Of a stretch of 64,000 bases of DNA, positions 54,845 through 64,000 are shown piece by piece; within the stretch, counting starts at the first letter, position 1, and each line of letters opens with the position of its first letter. Source of the DNA: an uncultured Erysipelotrichaceae bacterium (lineage in GTDB: Bacteria; Bacillota_I; Bacilli_A; RF39; UBA660). The notes below the pieces were generated by a model. The model saw only the letters and a list, made by a program, of their open reading frames with translations, was not told the DNA's origin and made no database searches. Made by a program: the position numbers and the translations under genes. The stretch spans positions 19,609 to 83,608 of the forward strand of contig CAOJRP010000003.1 of NCBI GenBank assembly GCA_948442015.1, written 5' to 3'.

Positions 54845-56491
54845 TTAATCTAAACTTATCTTATTAAAGGTAAGTTTTTTTAATATCTTATTAACCATAT
54901 TTTTGCCAAATACTTGTTTTATAATTCCCATCTTAAAGGAAATAACTAAATAAATAACACCTCCAATTATAGAACTTATACTTATATAAATAATACATGA
55001 TAATTTACTTTCATAGTTAATAGGTAAAACTAATTTCAATAATACCACTACTGCAATCATTGCTATAGTTGGGATAACCATTTTCATTATTACTTTAAAA
55101 GTCTCTTTATATTTGATTCCATGCTCTTTCGATAAAGAAGTTAAAGATATTATTGAACTTGCTAAATTACCAATAATGGTGGCTGTACAAGCTCCTAAGA
55201 ATGGTGGAATACCAATTTTATTAAATAAATACATCAAAGGAATATCAAGTAAGGCATTTAAAACAAACCCTGTAATAGTTGTTTTATAAACTAATTTAAA
55301 TTTGTTTAATCCTTGTAAAGTAGAACTCGTAATGGTGTAAATATTTAAGAATAGTGCCGTAAAGATATTGACGGCCAAAATAATACTTCCATTAGGATTA
55401 TAACCATAAAAGATTGTCCAGATACTTGTACTTAATAAACTAATTCCAATCGTACAAGGAACTGATATAAACAAAATTATTTGTAATGCTTGATTTAGTT
55501 TTCTTTCCACTTGTTCCCATTTTTTTAAGGTAAAAGCCTCAACAATGTTTGGAATTAAACTCATCGTCATCCCCATAGCAAATGATACAACAACCATATT
55601 TATTTTTGGAGCCCATGTGCTAATGGCACTAGCTACAAACTCAACGTCTAAAGCATCAAGCCCTAAGTAATTCATATAACGTAAGATTAAAGTCATATCA
55701 ACAAAATTATAAAAACTGTAAACTGTATTAATTATTATAAAAGGTATGGCATAACTAAATATTTTTTTGACAATTTGTTTACTTGTAATATCGTCTTTTT
55801 TTTCGTACTTTACATCTAACCCAATTTGTTTTTTATTAGCATTTAATTTTCTTTTAACAAAAAGATAAGCAACTAATCCACCAAAGAAAGCTCCTGTAAC
55901 GCTTATAGAAACGGCTGTTTTAGTTGATGCATGAAATACTCTTAAAGCAAGAAAACTACCTAATAAAATAACAGTTATTCTAACTACTTGTTCAATAACT
56001 TGACTTAAGCTTGACACATTAATGATGTTATGTCCCTGTAAAAAACCTTTGCTAACACTTAAGAAAGGTATTACTAAAACGGCAAAAGATATAGCTCTAA
56101 TTACAAAAGCGACATCAGAAGGAGTATTCCCACCACTTAAGTCTCCTAAAAGTAAATTAGCAATTTGCGGAGCAAAGAGCATTAAAATAATAAAGACACA
56201 AACAGCTAAAAAGACCATTATGGACTTCCCTATCCGATAAGCTCTAACTTTTGCTTCTTGTTGATTTAAAGTATTAAATTCTGTTATTACTTTCGAAATA
56301 GCAATCGGAAGCCCTGCACTACTTATGTCTAAAAAAATCACATAAATATTATAAGCATAAGCATATAAAGCACTACCCTTAATCCCTATTAAAGCATAGA
56401 AAGGTATAACATAAAGCATTCCTAAAATTTTAACAAATACAATTGCTAAAGTAGCAATTAAAGTTCCTTCAACAAATGAACTTTTCTTCAT
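54845..56491 (-). CDS. MOP-superfamily flippase (SpoVB/MurJ/polysaccharide biosynthesis protein family)
   Basis: About 14 TM helices. The N-terminus FVEGTLIATLAIVFVKILGMLYVIPF is typical of the family. The start is ambiguous between ATG 56491 and ATG 56512. Confidence 0.8.
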   Translation of the reverse strand: MKKSSFVEGTLIATLAIVFVKILGMLYVIPFYALIGIKGSALYAYAYNIYVIFLDISSAGLPIAISKVITEFNTLNQQEAKVRAYRIGKSIMVFLAVCVFIILMLFAPQIANLLLGDLSGGNTPSDVAFVIRAISFAVLVIPFLSVSKGFLQGHNIINVSSLSQVIEQVVRITVILLGSFLALRVFHASTKTAVSISVTGAFFGGLVAYLFVKRKLNANKKQIGLDVKYEKKDDITSKQIVKKIFSYAIPFIIINTVYSFYNFVDMTLILRYMNYLGLDALDVEFVASAISTWAPKINMVVVSFAMGMTMSLIPNIVEAFTLKKWEQVERKLNQALQIILFISVPCTIGISLLSTSIWTIFYGYNPNGSIILAVNIFTALFLNIYTITSSTLQGLNKFKLVYKTTITGFVLNALLDIPLMYLFNKIGIPPFLGACTATIIGNLASSIISLTSLSKEHGIKYKETFKVIMKMVIPTIAMIAVVVLLKLVLPINYESKLSCIIYISISSIIGGVIYLVISFKMGIIKQVFGKNMVNKILKKLTFNKISLD

Positions 56492-56501
56492 CTTAAACCA
56501 C

Positions 56502-56678
56502 TCATTTTTCATCGTAACATACCATCGCTGAAAAACAATATATTTGTTCTTCTCCAAATATTGCTACAGCCACTTGATACTTAATATCAATTATATCACA
56601 ATTATTTGATGAGAGAAAATCATTAATACTTTTTTCTAAATCTTTTTCATGATTCTCATCAAATATTTTTACCTTCAT
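56502..56678 (-). CDS. cse60: sporulation protein Cse60-like (58 aa)
   Basis: It is below the track cut-off. MKVKIFDENHEKDLEKSINDFLSSNNCDIIDIKYQVAVAIFGEEQIYCFSAMVCYDEK matches the Cse60/YteV pattern (KVK.FDE.HEKDLE...N.FL....IIDIKY.V......EQIYCFSA...Y). An AAGAGGTG SD lies upstream. Confidence 0.7.
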   Translation of the reverse strand: MKVKIFDENHEKDLEKSINDFLSSNNCDIIDIKYQVAVAIFGEEQIYCFSAMVCYDEK

Positions 56679-56750
56679 ACAAAGTCACCTCTTAGAAAAG
56701 ATAACATTTAAAAGGTGGATATATTGTCGAAATATGACTTTTTTTCTAGA

Positions 56751-57458
56751 CTAAAGTAACTTTCTTTCTAGGGAATATTCAATTATTGCGTCAATATGAG
56801 ATTGTGTGGTATCAAAAACTGGTATATCAATATCATCTTGTTTTATTAACATCTCTATTTCTGTGCACCCTAATATAATTCCTTCTATTTTATTTTCCTT
56901 TATCATTTCCTTAATTACGTTTATATAGTATTTTTTAGAACTTTCTTTTATTTCTCCCTTACATAGTTCATCAAAAATAATTCTATCAATTTCGTTAATA
57001 ACTTCTTCTTTTTGAGGTGTTATTACATTTAATCCATTTTCTTGCAAACGATTTGTTAAAAAATCTTCGACCATTGTATATTTAGTCCCTAAAAGTAGAA
57101 CATTTAAAATATTTTTTTCTCTACATTTATCTGCTACGCAATCTGCAATATGGATTAAAGGGATATTAATTTTACTTTGAATAAAATTAGCCAACTTATG
57201 CATAGTATTAGTAGCAATTACTATATAATCTGCTCCTACACTTTCTAAAGTTTTCGCAATACTTGCTAGTCTCTTGCCAATTTCGTCCCAATCATTATCT
57301 AACATTAATTTTCTAATTTCTTCAAAGTTTACATTATAAATTAACAATTTAGCACAAGTAAGACCCCCTGCTATCTCATTTACCCCCTTATTAATTCTTT
57401 CATAATAATGAATACTTGACTCATAACTCATTCCACCAATAATTCCAATCGTTTTCAT
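56751..57458 (-). CDS. aspartate/glutamate racemase family protein (RacX/YgeA-like)
   Basis: IGIIGGMSYESS, IATNTMHK and ILGCTEIEML motifs. The start MKTIGIIGG follows an AAAGGAG SD. Confidence 0.85.
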   Translation of the reverse strand: MKTIGIIGGMSYESSIHYYERINKGVNEIAGGLTCAKLLIYNVNFEEIRKLMLDNDWDEIGKRLASIAKTLESVGADYIVIATNTMHKLANFIQSKINIPLIHIADCVADKCREKNILNVLLLGTKYTMVEDFLTNRLQENGLNVITPQKEEVINEIDRIIFDELCKGEIKESSKKYYINVIKEMIKENKIEGIILGCTEIEMLIKQDDIDIPVFDTTQSHIDAIIEYSLERKLL

Positions 57459-57618
57459 TTCTTTCTCCTTTGTAATTCCATTATATATTTTTTCGCTTAA
57501 GTTAATCAATAAATATTCTTTTATTTCACAAAACTTTCATTTATTTTATTTCACCAAATTTTGAGTTATGTTTTTTAGAGTTTAACCGTAAAATTTACTT
57601 TTTAATAAATAAAATGGA

Positions 57619-59715
57619 CTATTTAAAATCAAATAATCCATTTTTGACATCTATTACAATATGGCTATCATTCGTTATTTCATCATTAATAATTTTTTTA
57701 GCAAGTAATGTTTCAATATTTTCACTAACAAATCTTTTAATTGGTCTAGCTCCAAAAGATTCATCATAAGCTCTTTCAATAACAAAATCTTTAGCATTGT
57801 TAGTTAATTCAATAGTAATATTTTTTCCTTTAAGTCGTTCTTCCACTTCTTTAATAATTTTATCTAGAATATTATAAACAACATCTTTCGAAAGACTATT
57901 AAATGTAATTATTTCATCTATTCGATTTAAAAATTCGGGTTTAAAAGTACTAAATAGCTCTTTATTTACTAATTCATCTTTATTAGAAACATTCTCTAAA
58001 ATATATTCACTACCAATATTACTAGTCATTATGATAATCGTGTTTTTAAAATCAACTGTTCTTCCTTGATTATCCGTAATTCTTCCATCATCTAAAACTT
58101 GTAACAAAATATTAAAAACATCTTTATGAGCTTTTTCTATTTCATCAAATAAGATAATTGAATACGGATTTCTTCTGACAGTTTCCGTTAATTGTCCACC
58201 TTCTTCATATCCGACATATCCTGGAGCTGCTCCAATTAAACGTGAAACATTAAACGCTTCCATATACTCTGACATATCAATTCTAATAATATGTCTTTCA
58301 TCGTCAAATAGTTCATAAGCAAGTGTTTTAGCAACTTCTGTTTTACCTACTCCAGTAGGTCCTAAAAACAGAAATGATCCAATTGGTCTATTAGGGTCTT
58401 TAATTCCTGCTCGACTCCTAATAATGGAATCACTAACAAGTTTTAAAGCGTTATCTTGTCCCATTACTCTTTCTTTCATTTTATTTTCTAAATTAATTAG
58501 TTTTTCTTTTTCACCCTCTACTAGTTTAGAAATCGGAATATTCGTCCATTTCGAGATAATATTTGCAATATCATCTTCCGTTACTGTATCACTAATAAGT
58601 TTATTACTAGTATTTTTTTGTAATTCTTCTAACTCTTGCTCAAGTCTTGGTATGTCCCCATGGCGTAATCTTGCTGCTGTATCTAAATCATAATTATTCT
58701 CAGCTTCCTTTAATTTATATTTATAAGTATTCAATAACTTCTTTTTCTTACTTATTTCTTCTTTTTCTTCTTTTTCTTTTTGAAAATCTTTCTTAAGCTC
58801 TGTTTCTTTTAACTTTAAATCATATAACTCTTTGTCTAATTCTTCTAGTCTTTTTTTACTACTCTCGTCTTTCTCTTTTTTTAGTGATTGTCTTTCTATT
58901 TCTAAAAGCATTACTTTTCTTGTTAATTCATCTAAACTAACTGGAACACTATCCATAACTACTTTAATAGTAGCACATGCTTCATCAATTAAATCTATTG
59001 CTTTATCAGGTAAAAATCTATCTGTTATATAACGATTAGAAAGTGTAGCAGCAGCAATCAAAGCCCTATCTTTAATATTTACTCCATGATGAACCTCAAA
59101 TCTTTCTTTTAAACCACGTAAAATGGCAATCGTATCAGTTACACTAGGAGCAGAAACAGTAATTTTTTGAAATCTTCTTTCTAGAGCTCCATCTTTTTCA
59201 ATGTATTTATGATATTCTTTTAGAGTAGTCGCTCCAATACACTTAATTTCACCACGAGCAAGCATTGGTTTTAACATATTACCAACGTTCATAACACCAT
59301 CAGTTCCACTTCCCACAATCATATGTATTTCATCAATAAACATGATAATAGAGCCATCAGATTCTTTGATTTTATTTAAAACCGCTTTTAATCTCTCTTC
59401 AAATTCTCCATGATACTTAGCTCCTGCAACTAATGCTGCTAAATCAAGCTCCCATATCGTTTTATTCTTTAAACTATCAGGTACATCACCATTTACTATT
59501 CGAAGAGCTAAGCCTTCTACTATCGCTGTTTTACCTACTCCTGGTTCGCCAATTAATACTGGATTATTTTTTGTTTTTCTAGATAGTATCCTTGTAATAC
59601 TTCTAATTTCCTCATCACGACCTATTACAGGATCAATTTTATTATCTTTGGCCATAGATGTAATATCACGACCATATTTTACTAAAACATCTTCTTCATT
59701 ATTTTGAAAATTCAT
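57619..59715 (-). CDS. clpB: ClpB-type AAA+ disaggregase lacking the N-terminal domain
   Basis: It starts at [19 protein letters not shown] (GGAGGG SD), which is directly at the NBD1 linker. GEPGVGKT and GPTGVGKT Walker A motifs. A long coiled-coil middle domain ([15 protein letters not shown]...). Confidence 0.9.
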   Translation of the reverse strand: MNFQNNEEDVLVKYGRDITSMAKDNKIDPVIGRDEEIRSITRILSRKTKNNPVLIGEPGVGKTAIVEGLALRIVNGDVPDSLKNKTIWELDLAALVAGAKYHGEFEERLKAVLNKIKESDGSIIMFIDEIHMIVGSGTDGVMNVGNMLKPMLARGEIKCIGATTLKEYHKYIEKDGALERRFQKITVSAPSVTDTIAILRGLKERFEVHHGVNIKDRALIAAATLSNRYITDRFLPDKAIDLIDEACATIKVVMDSVPVSLDELTRKVMLLEIERQSLKKEKDESSKKRLEELDKELYDLKLKETELKKDFQKEKEEKEEISKKKKLLNTYKYKLKEAENNYDLDTAARLRHGDIPRLEQELEELQKNTSNKLISDTVTEDDIANIISKWTNIPISKLVEGEKEKLINLENKMKERVMGQDNALKLVSDSIIRSRAGIKDPNRPIGSFLFLGPTGVGKTEVAKTLAYELFDDERHIIRIDMSEYMEAFNVSRLIGAAPGYVGYEEGGQLTETVRRNPYSIILFDEIEKAHKDVFNILLQVLDDGRITDNQGRTVDFKNTIIIMTSNIGSEYILENVSNKDELVNKELFSTFKPEFLNRIDEIITFNSLSKDVVYNILDKIIKEVEERLKGKNITIELTNNAKDFVIERAYDESFGARPIKRFVSENIETLLAKKIINDEITNDSHIVIDVKNGLFDFK

Positions 59716-59739
59716 TACAAATTCCTCCCTTTGCAATAT

Positions 59740-59780
59740 ATTATACTCAAAAATTAGCACTTGTCAACATGGAGTGCTAA
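59740..59780 (-). promoter_or_regulatory. clpB promoter with a CIRCE (HrcA operator) element
   Basis: TTAGCACTT-N9-GAGTGCTAA lies at 59754-59780. On the minus strand, TTGACA (59762-59767), a 16-nt spacer, then TATAAT (59740-59745). The operator therefore covers the -35 box and the spacer. Confidence 0.85.
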
Positions 59781-59940
59781 TAACATTTCTTTATTTTCCA
59801 AATATTTAAGATCAAATAATTTAACGATAATCCAATTTCATTAATGAAACATTAGTATTTTTAATTACTATCTTTGTAAATGTCAACATAAAAAGTCACA
59901 AAAACAATAGTAATTCATAAATGATTGATTTAGAAAATAT

Positions 59941-60768
59941 TTACTCATTTCTTATTTTAACTATTTTTTCTTTTTCTAACTCTTTTAAACTTTTTTCTGG
60001 AGTCGGTAAGTCTTCAGGCATCATTCCACCATGACTCTTAATAAACTCTCTAATATCTTTCCCAACTTTATAATGAGTAATATTTGCCTTATTTTCACCT
60101 TTGATATTATTATTCTTTAATTCTTGATCAGTTTGAGATATTCTAAATAAATTAGCAATCAACTCATCACTTCCCATATTGTCTAAAATATCCTCTCTGT
60201 ATCTTAGAGCTTTCCTCCTAGCAATATCATCTGCTGTCTCACCATTGTAAAGTCCTTTATATCCAGTGTTATGAAACTTATCAAAGTTTTTTACACCAGC
60301 ACTTTTAGCCGTTTGATTTAGAGAATAATTTCCCTTTTTAGTTAAATCTCTTTGATAGAATCTTTTCTCATCTTCAGTTAATTTTGAATACTCTAATTCA
60401 TTAAGTTCTTGTTTTCTTGTTTGGATAGCAAAATATGTTTGAGCTAGAGCAATTACTTTCTTTCTTGAGTCACCATTTTGAGCTATAATATAGCATGCAT
60501 ATCTTGATAAATGATAATCAATAACAAAAGATTTTCTGCCTTTACCACTAATTATTGGTTTCCTAACCTCAGGAAAACAATCATCAACTTGATTACCACT
60601 ATTTTGACAAGTAATCATTGCACTTTTGATTACTTTATGAAAATTTTCCCATTTACTATATTCTAATAAAGGCATTAGTTCTCTAGCCAACCAATACTCA
60701 TTACCATTTTCATCAATATGTTTAATACTATCAAATATAGTTTCATTATATAATTCTACATTAGTCAC
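59941..60768 (-). CDS. dinD: DNA-damage-inducible protein D (DinD) family
   Basis: FDSIKHIDENGNEYWLARELMPLLEYSKWENFHKVIKSA...HLSRYACYIIAQNGDSRKKVIALAQTYFAIQTRKQE matches the DinD family pattern. Confidence 0.75.
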   Translation of the reverse strand: MTNVELYNETIFDSIKHIDENGNEYWLARELMPLLEYSKWENFHKVIKSAMITCQNSGNQVDDCFPEVRKPIISGKGRKSFVIDYHLSRYACYIIAQNGDSRKKVIALAQTYFAIQTRKQELNELEYSKLTEDEKRFYQRDLTKKGNYSLNQTAKSAGVKNFDKFHNTGYKGLYNGETADDIARRKALRYREDILDNMGSDELIANLFRISQTDQELKNNNIKGENKANITHYKVGKDIREFIKSHGGMMPEDLPTPEKSLKELEKEKIVKIRNE

Positions 60769-60980
60769 ATTAACACCTCCTCTTTTTTTGTAGAATAAGG
60801 ATTCTTTATTTATATTATTATAAATAAAACACTAATTTCCTCTTTTTCCAACTAAAAAAAGTCTATGACTAAACATAAACTATTTTTCAAATTGGTGTGT
60901 AAATAGTTTAAACAACAAATCTGAATTAATATTCCGAATTTGTCGAATAATAATGGTTTACAGTAATTATAATCTTATTC

Positions 60981-61019
60981 CGAAAAAACTGTCTTATTCC
61001 ACTTTTTTCGGAATAAGAC
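60981..61019 (-). terminator. terminator after the TetR gene
   Basis: A perfect 10-bp stem (gtcttattcc at 60991-61000, ggaataagac at 61010-61019) plus a T-run on the minus strand. An upstream copy cttattccgaaaaaa (60974-60988) could form an alternative pairing. Confidence 0.7.
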
Positions 61020-61025
61020 AACTTT

Positions 61026-61625
61026 TTACGACAATATCTTTTTTATTTCTTCATATAAAATAGGTTTATAATCTTCAATTGGTAAAGGCTTATTGCTAGT
61101 TATAGAAGTATAAACAGTTGAAGAAGTCATTTCAATTATCATAAATAACTTAACTTCAGGATTAGCTAATTTAATATTACTCTTTTTAATATCTTCTAAA
61201 AATAAATCAAGTAAGCCAATACTAGAATTATCAATAATATTAGAGATTTTATCGCTATAAATCGCCCAAGATAAATTTTTCGAAATAAATTTTAAAAGAA
61301 GTTTATTTTTAGCAAACTCATCAATAATATTGTCAATAATAAATATTACTCTTTCACGATAATCTTTAATATTTTTCTCTTTTAAAGAAATAATCGCTTT
61401 TTCAAATAACTGCTTTGATTTCTTAATAATTAAATAATCTTGAATTTCATACTTATCTTTAAAGTATAAATAAAAAGTTCCTTTAGCTACTCCTGCTTTA
61501 CTCACAATATCTTGGACAGAAGTATTTTTAACTCCTTTTTCTGTAAACAAAGTAAAAGCTGAATCTAATAAATTTGCTTCTTTAATCTCCTTATTTTCCA
61601 TAATCTTTTTCTTGAGTATTGCCAT
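61026..61625 (-). CDS. TetR/AcrR-family transcriptional regulator
   Basis: N-terminal HTH LLDSAFTLFTEKGVKNTSVQDIVSKAGVAKGTFYLYFKDK. Confidence 0.85.
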   Translation of the reverse strand: MAILKKKIMENKEIKEANLLDSAFTLFTEKGVKNTSVQDIVSKAGVAKGTFYLYFKDKYEIQDYLIIKKSKQLFEKAIISLKEKNIKDYRERVIFIIDNIIDEFAKNKLLLKFISKNLSWAIYSDKISNIIDNSSIGLLDLFLEDIKKSNIKLANPEVKLFMIIEMTSSTVYTSITSNKPLPIEDYKPILYEEIKKILS

Positions 61626-61705
61626 AATAATCCCACTTTCTTTTACCCATTTTAACCATAGTAATTCATAAAAGTCAATGAAAAAACATAAAATTAAAAT
61701 AAATA

Positions 61706-61755
61706 TTGACTTTTAGTCATTTTTGTTGTATTATCTTGTTACTGACCAAAAGTCA
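61706..61755 (+). promoter_or_regulatory. MMPL promoter with two TetR-type palindromes
   Basis: TTGACT (61706-61711), a 17-nt spacer, then TATTAT (61729-61734). The palindromes are TGACTTTTAGTCA (61707-61719) and TGACCAAAAGTCA (61743-61755). Confidence 0.55.
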
Positions 61756-61776
61756 TTTTAGAAAAGGAGCGATTTT

Positions 61777-64000
61777 ATGCAAAAAATTGGTAACTTTGTC
61801 TGTAAACATAAAACACTTATAATTATTATTACTTTACTACTTTTAATACCTTCCCTATTTGGGTATGTAAAGACAAAAATTAATTATGATATTTTAGTTT
61901 ACTTACCAAGTGATATTGAAACTTTGAAAGGAGAAGAAATCTTAACAGAAGACTTCAACATGGGAGCATTTGCCATGCTTACCCTAGATAATATGAGTGA
62001 CAAAGAAGTACTATCTTTAAAAGAAAATATTTTAGATATCGATTCTGTTACAAATGTCTTAAGTATTAACGATTTAACAGGAACCACTATTCCTTTAGAA
62101 ATGCTACCAAAAGATGTAATCGAAAAAGTAGCGAAAGACGACTCAAAACTAATGCTTGTTACGTTTAGTGAATCGACTAGCGATGATAAAACACTAGATG
62201 CTGTCGAAAGTATTAGAAAGTTAGCTGATGAACGTGTACTAGTTGGTGGAATGAGTGCCATGGTTCTAGATACAAAAGAATTATTTAATAGTGAAATGTT
62301 ACTTTATGTTGTAATAGCTGTAATATTTTGTATTTTAGTCCTAGAACTCTCCCTTGACTCTTACATTGTTCCAATACTATTAATATCTAATATTGGTATT
62401 GCTATATTATTCAATATGGGAAGTAATATTTTCTTAGGAGAAATATCCTATATTACAAAAGCAATTGCTGCTGTCTTACAACTAGGTGTTACAACAGACT
62501 TTTCCATTTTCTTGTATCACAAATATGAGAAAGCTAAAAAAGATGAAAAAGATGAAAAAGATAAGAACAAAGCTATGGCTAGTGCAATAAGCGAAACATT
62601 AACAAGTGTTTTTGGTTCATCACTAACAACGATTGCTGGTTTCCTTGCTTTATGCACAATGAACTTAACATTAGGTCGGGATATCGGTATTGTTATGGCA
62701 AAAGGTGTCTTACTAGGACTTATCTGTGTAATTACATTCTTTCCTGCTCTACTACTTGCTTGTGATAAACTAATTGAAAAAACAAAACATAAACCATTAT
62801 TACCACAATTTAAAAAAGTTCAAAAGTTTGTCTTAAAACACTATAAGCTGATTTTTGTAGTCTTCTTAATTCTTTTAATACCTGCTTATTTAGCTAATAG
62901 TAAGACTCCCGTTTATTACAAACTTGATTCTTCAATCCCAGAAAATTATGGTTATAGTATGGCGACAAAAGAATTAAAAGAAAAATACAATATTGTTAGT
63001 CAAGAAATGGTTTTAGTAAGTTCTAGTCTAGAAGATTATAAAATCAACTTAATGCTTGATGAAATAGAAGACCTAGATGGCATTGACTTTATTATTAGTC
63101 CTTCTAGTCTTAGTAAATATGGTATTAGTGAAAATATTATTCCTGCTGATTTAAAGAAGATGTATGAAACCGATGATTACAAACTTATTCTTATTAGTTC
63201 GACTTATGAAATAGCAACAGATGAGTTAAATGAACAAATTAAAGAGTTAAATGATATTGTCTCTAAATATGATGAAAATGCTATTGTAGCTGGAGAAGGA
63301 CCATTAATGAGTGATTTAGTAACAATAACCGATGAAGACTTTAAAAACGTTAATACAACATCTATTTTAGTAATATTTGTTTTAATGTTATTGGTTTTAA
63401 AATCTATTTCTCTACCTGTTTTACTTGTTACAGCTATTGAATTTGCTATCTTCATTAATATGGGAGTTCCATATTTTACAGGTAAAGCAATTCCCTTTAT
63501 CGCCTCAGTTGTAATTGGAACAATTCAGTTAGGAGCAACAATTGATTATGCCATCCTTTTAACAACGAAATACTTAGAAGAACGAAAAAGCGGCAAGAAG
63601 AAAGAAGAAGCTATTAAAGTAGCATTAGACAACTCAACAAATTCAATCTTCGTTAGTGGTATGTGTTTCTTTGCAGCTACTATTGGAGTCGGTATAGTAT
63701 CTAAAATAGATATGATTGGTTCTTTATGTACGTTAATAGCAAGAGGTGCCATTATCAGTATGATAGTCGTTATAATGATAGTCCCAAGTATTTTAATTAT
63801 ATTTGATAAACTTATTATTAAAACAACACTTGGATTTAGGAAAGGAAATGATAAAATGAAAAAGAATATTTTAAAGAAAGCTACTGTTTGGAGTTTAATA
63901 GGAGCATTAATGTTTAGTGCAACACCTGTTTGGGCACTTAAAAAAGATGAAACAGTTTATACAAAATTAAATAGTAATGGAGAAGTTAATAAGACAATAA
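61777..64000 (+). CDS. MMPL/RND-superfamily membrane transporter (YdfJ-like). The open frame continues to the window edge
   Basis: Not in the track because there is no stop in the window. The ATG at 61777 follows an AAAGGAG SD. There are two blocks, each of a TM bundle plus a large extracytoplasmic loop (..GVTTDFSIFLYHKY.., ..GATIDYAILLTTKYLEER..). Confidence 0.8.
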   Translation, partial: MQKIGNFVCKHKTLIIIITLLLLIPSLFGYVKTKINYDILVYLPSDIETLKGEEILTEDFNMGAFAMLTLDNMSDKEVLSLKENILDIDSVTNVLSINDLTGTTIPLEMLPKDVIEKVAKDDSKLMLVTFSESTSDDKTLDAVESIRKLADERVLVGGMSAMVLDTKELFNSEMLLYVVIAVIFCILVLELSLDSYIVPILLISNIGIAILFNMGSNIFLGEISYITKAIAAVLQLGVTTDFSIFLYHKYEKAKKDEKDEKDKNKAMASAISETLTSVFGSSLTTIAGFLALCTMNLTLGRDIGIVMAKGVLLGLICVITFFPALLLACDKLIEKTKHKPLLPQFKKVQKFVLKHYKLIFVVFLILLIPAYLANSKTPVYYKLDSSIPENYGYSMATKELKEKYNIVSQEMVLVSSSLEDYKINLMLDEIEDLDGIDFIISPSSLSKYGISENIIPADLKKMYETDDYKLILISSTYEIATDELNEQIKELNDIVSKYDENAIVAGEGPLMSDLVTITDEDFKNVNTTSILVIFVLMLLVLKSISLPVLLVTAIEFAIFINMGVPYFTGKAIPFIASVVIGTIQLGATIDYAILLTTKYLEERKSGKKKEEAIKVALDNSTNSIFVSGMCFFAATIGVGIVSKIDMIGSLCTLIARGAIISMIVVIMIVPSILIIFDKLIIKTTLGFRKGNDKMKKNILKKATVWSLIGALMFSATPVWALKKDETVYTKLNSNGEVNKTI

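Noticed and set aside
56679-56750. A sigma-E/K-type sporulation promoter upstream of the cse60-like gene (TCATATT at ~56725).
   Set aside because: Only the -35-like heptamer is present. There is no convincing CATACA-T -10 box at the right spacing.
62538-62565. Short tandem repeats as possible CRISPR or VNTR: aaagatgaaaaagatgaaaaagat here, MPN-codon repeats at 54540-54600, and K-codon runs at 23000-23040.
   Set aside because: They lie inside coding regions and encode low-complexity peptide. There is no repeat-spacer periodicity anywhere in the window.
63797-63859. A frameshift explanation for the MMPL read-through, with a stop at TGA 63857-63859 overlapping the ATG.
   Set aside because: The alternative frame is open only from 63797 and encodes LYLINLLLKQHLDLGKEMIK. 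The current frame gives an MMPL-like tail (IIFDKLIIKTTLGF). There is no positive evidence for an indel.

Overview
A 64-kb chromosomal segment from a very AT-rich, low-GC Gram-positive bacterium (GC judged by eye, not computed). A CotZ/CotY-like coat protein, Cse60 and a SpoVB/MurJ-type flippase sit alongside a CIRCE-controlled clpB. This suggests a spore-forming Erysipelotrichia/Clostridia-like organism, but that is inference only. I support about 70 genes, mostly on the minus strand.

Housekeeping genes:
- der (partial) and engB
- serS and tyrS, each behind a T-box leader
- a sufC / short sufB/D-like / sufS / sufU operon with no sufB
- a second NifS-type desulfurase with a rhodanese
- trmB, an N-domain-less clpB, an FtsW/RodA protein, a D,D-carboxypeptidase and ABC transporters

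Accessory genes:
- one ArsR-controlled five-gene metal-efflux operon (split HMA + cadA, copZ + copA)
- several wall or surface proteins: a MurNAc-LAA amidase, a CHAP amidase, cadherin-like repeat proteins, and two CnaB proteins with NPxTG sorting signals
- a sigma/anti-sigma pair
- a VTC/DUF4956 polyphosphate-type cluster
- a TetR + MMPL pair
- a decayed ISAs1 element
- RhuM and DinD family genes

I saw no rRNA, tRNA or CRISPR array. I did not find a complete, recognisable new multi-gene defence system.

The most unusual things supported by the sequence:
1. A 33-bp identical att-like core duplicates the serS terminus around a RhuM-only cassette.
2. A 366-bp 'empty' convergent intergenic region holds a strongly SD-preceded 38-codon hydrophobic ORF inside an RBS/start-sequestering hairpin. 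It overlaps a convergent terminator, like a type I toxin-antitoxin locus.
3. An orphan zeta-toxin-like kinase is translationally coupled to an SDR and followed by a CHAP amidase.
4. The SUF operon lacks sufB.
5. CIRCE lies in the clpB promoter.
6. The tyrS T-box leader is unusually compact.
7. Four frameshifts in plus-strand genes have the same polarity and may be assembly errors.

All family assignments come from motif recognition by eye. No searches were run.
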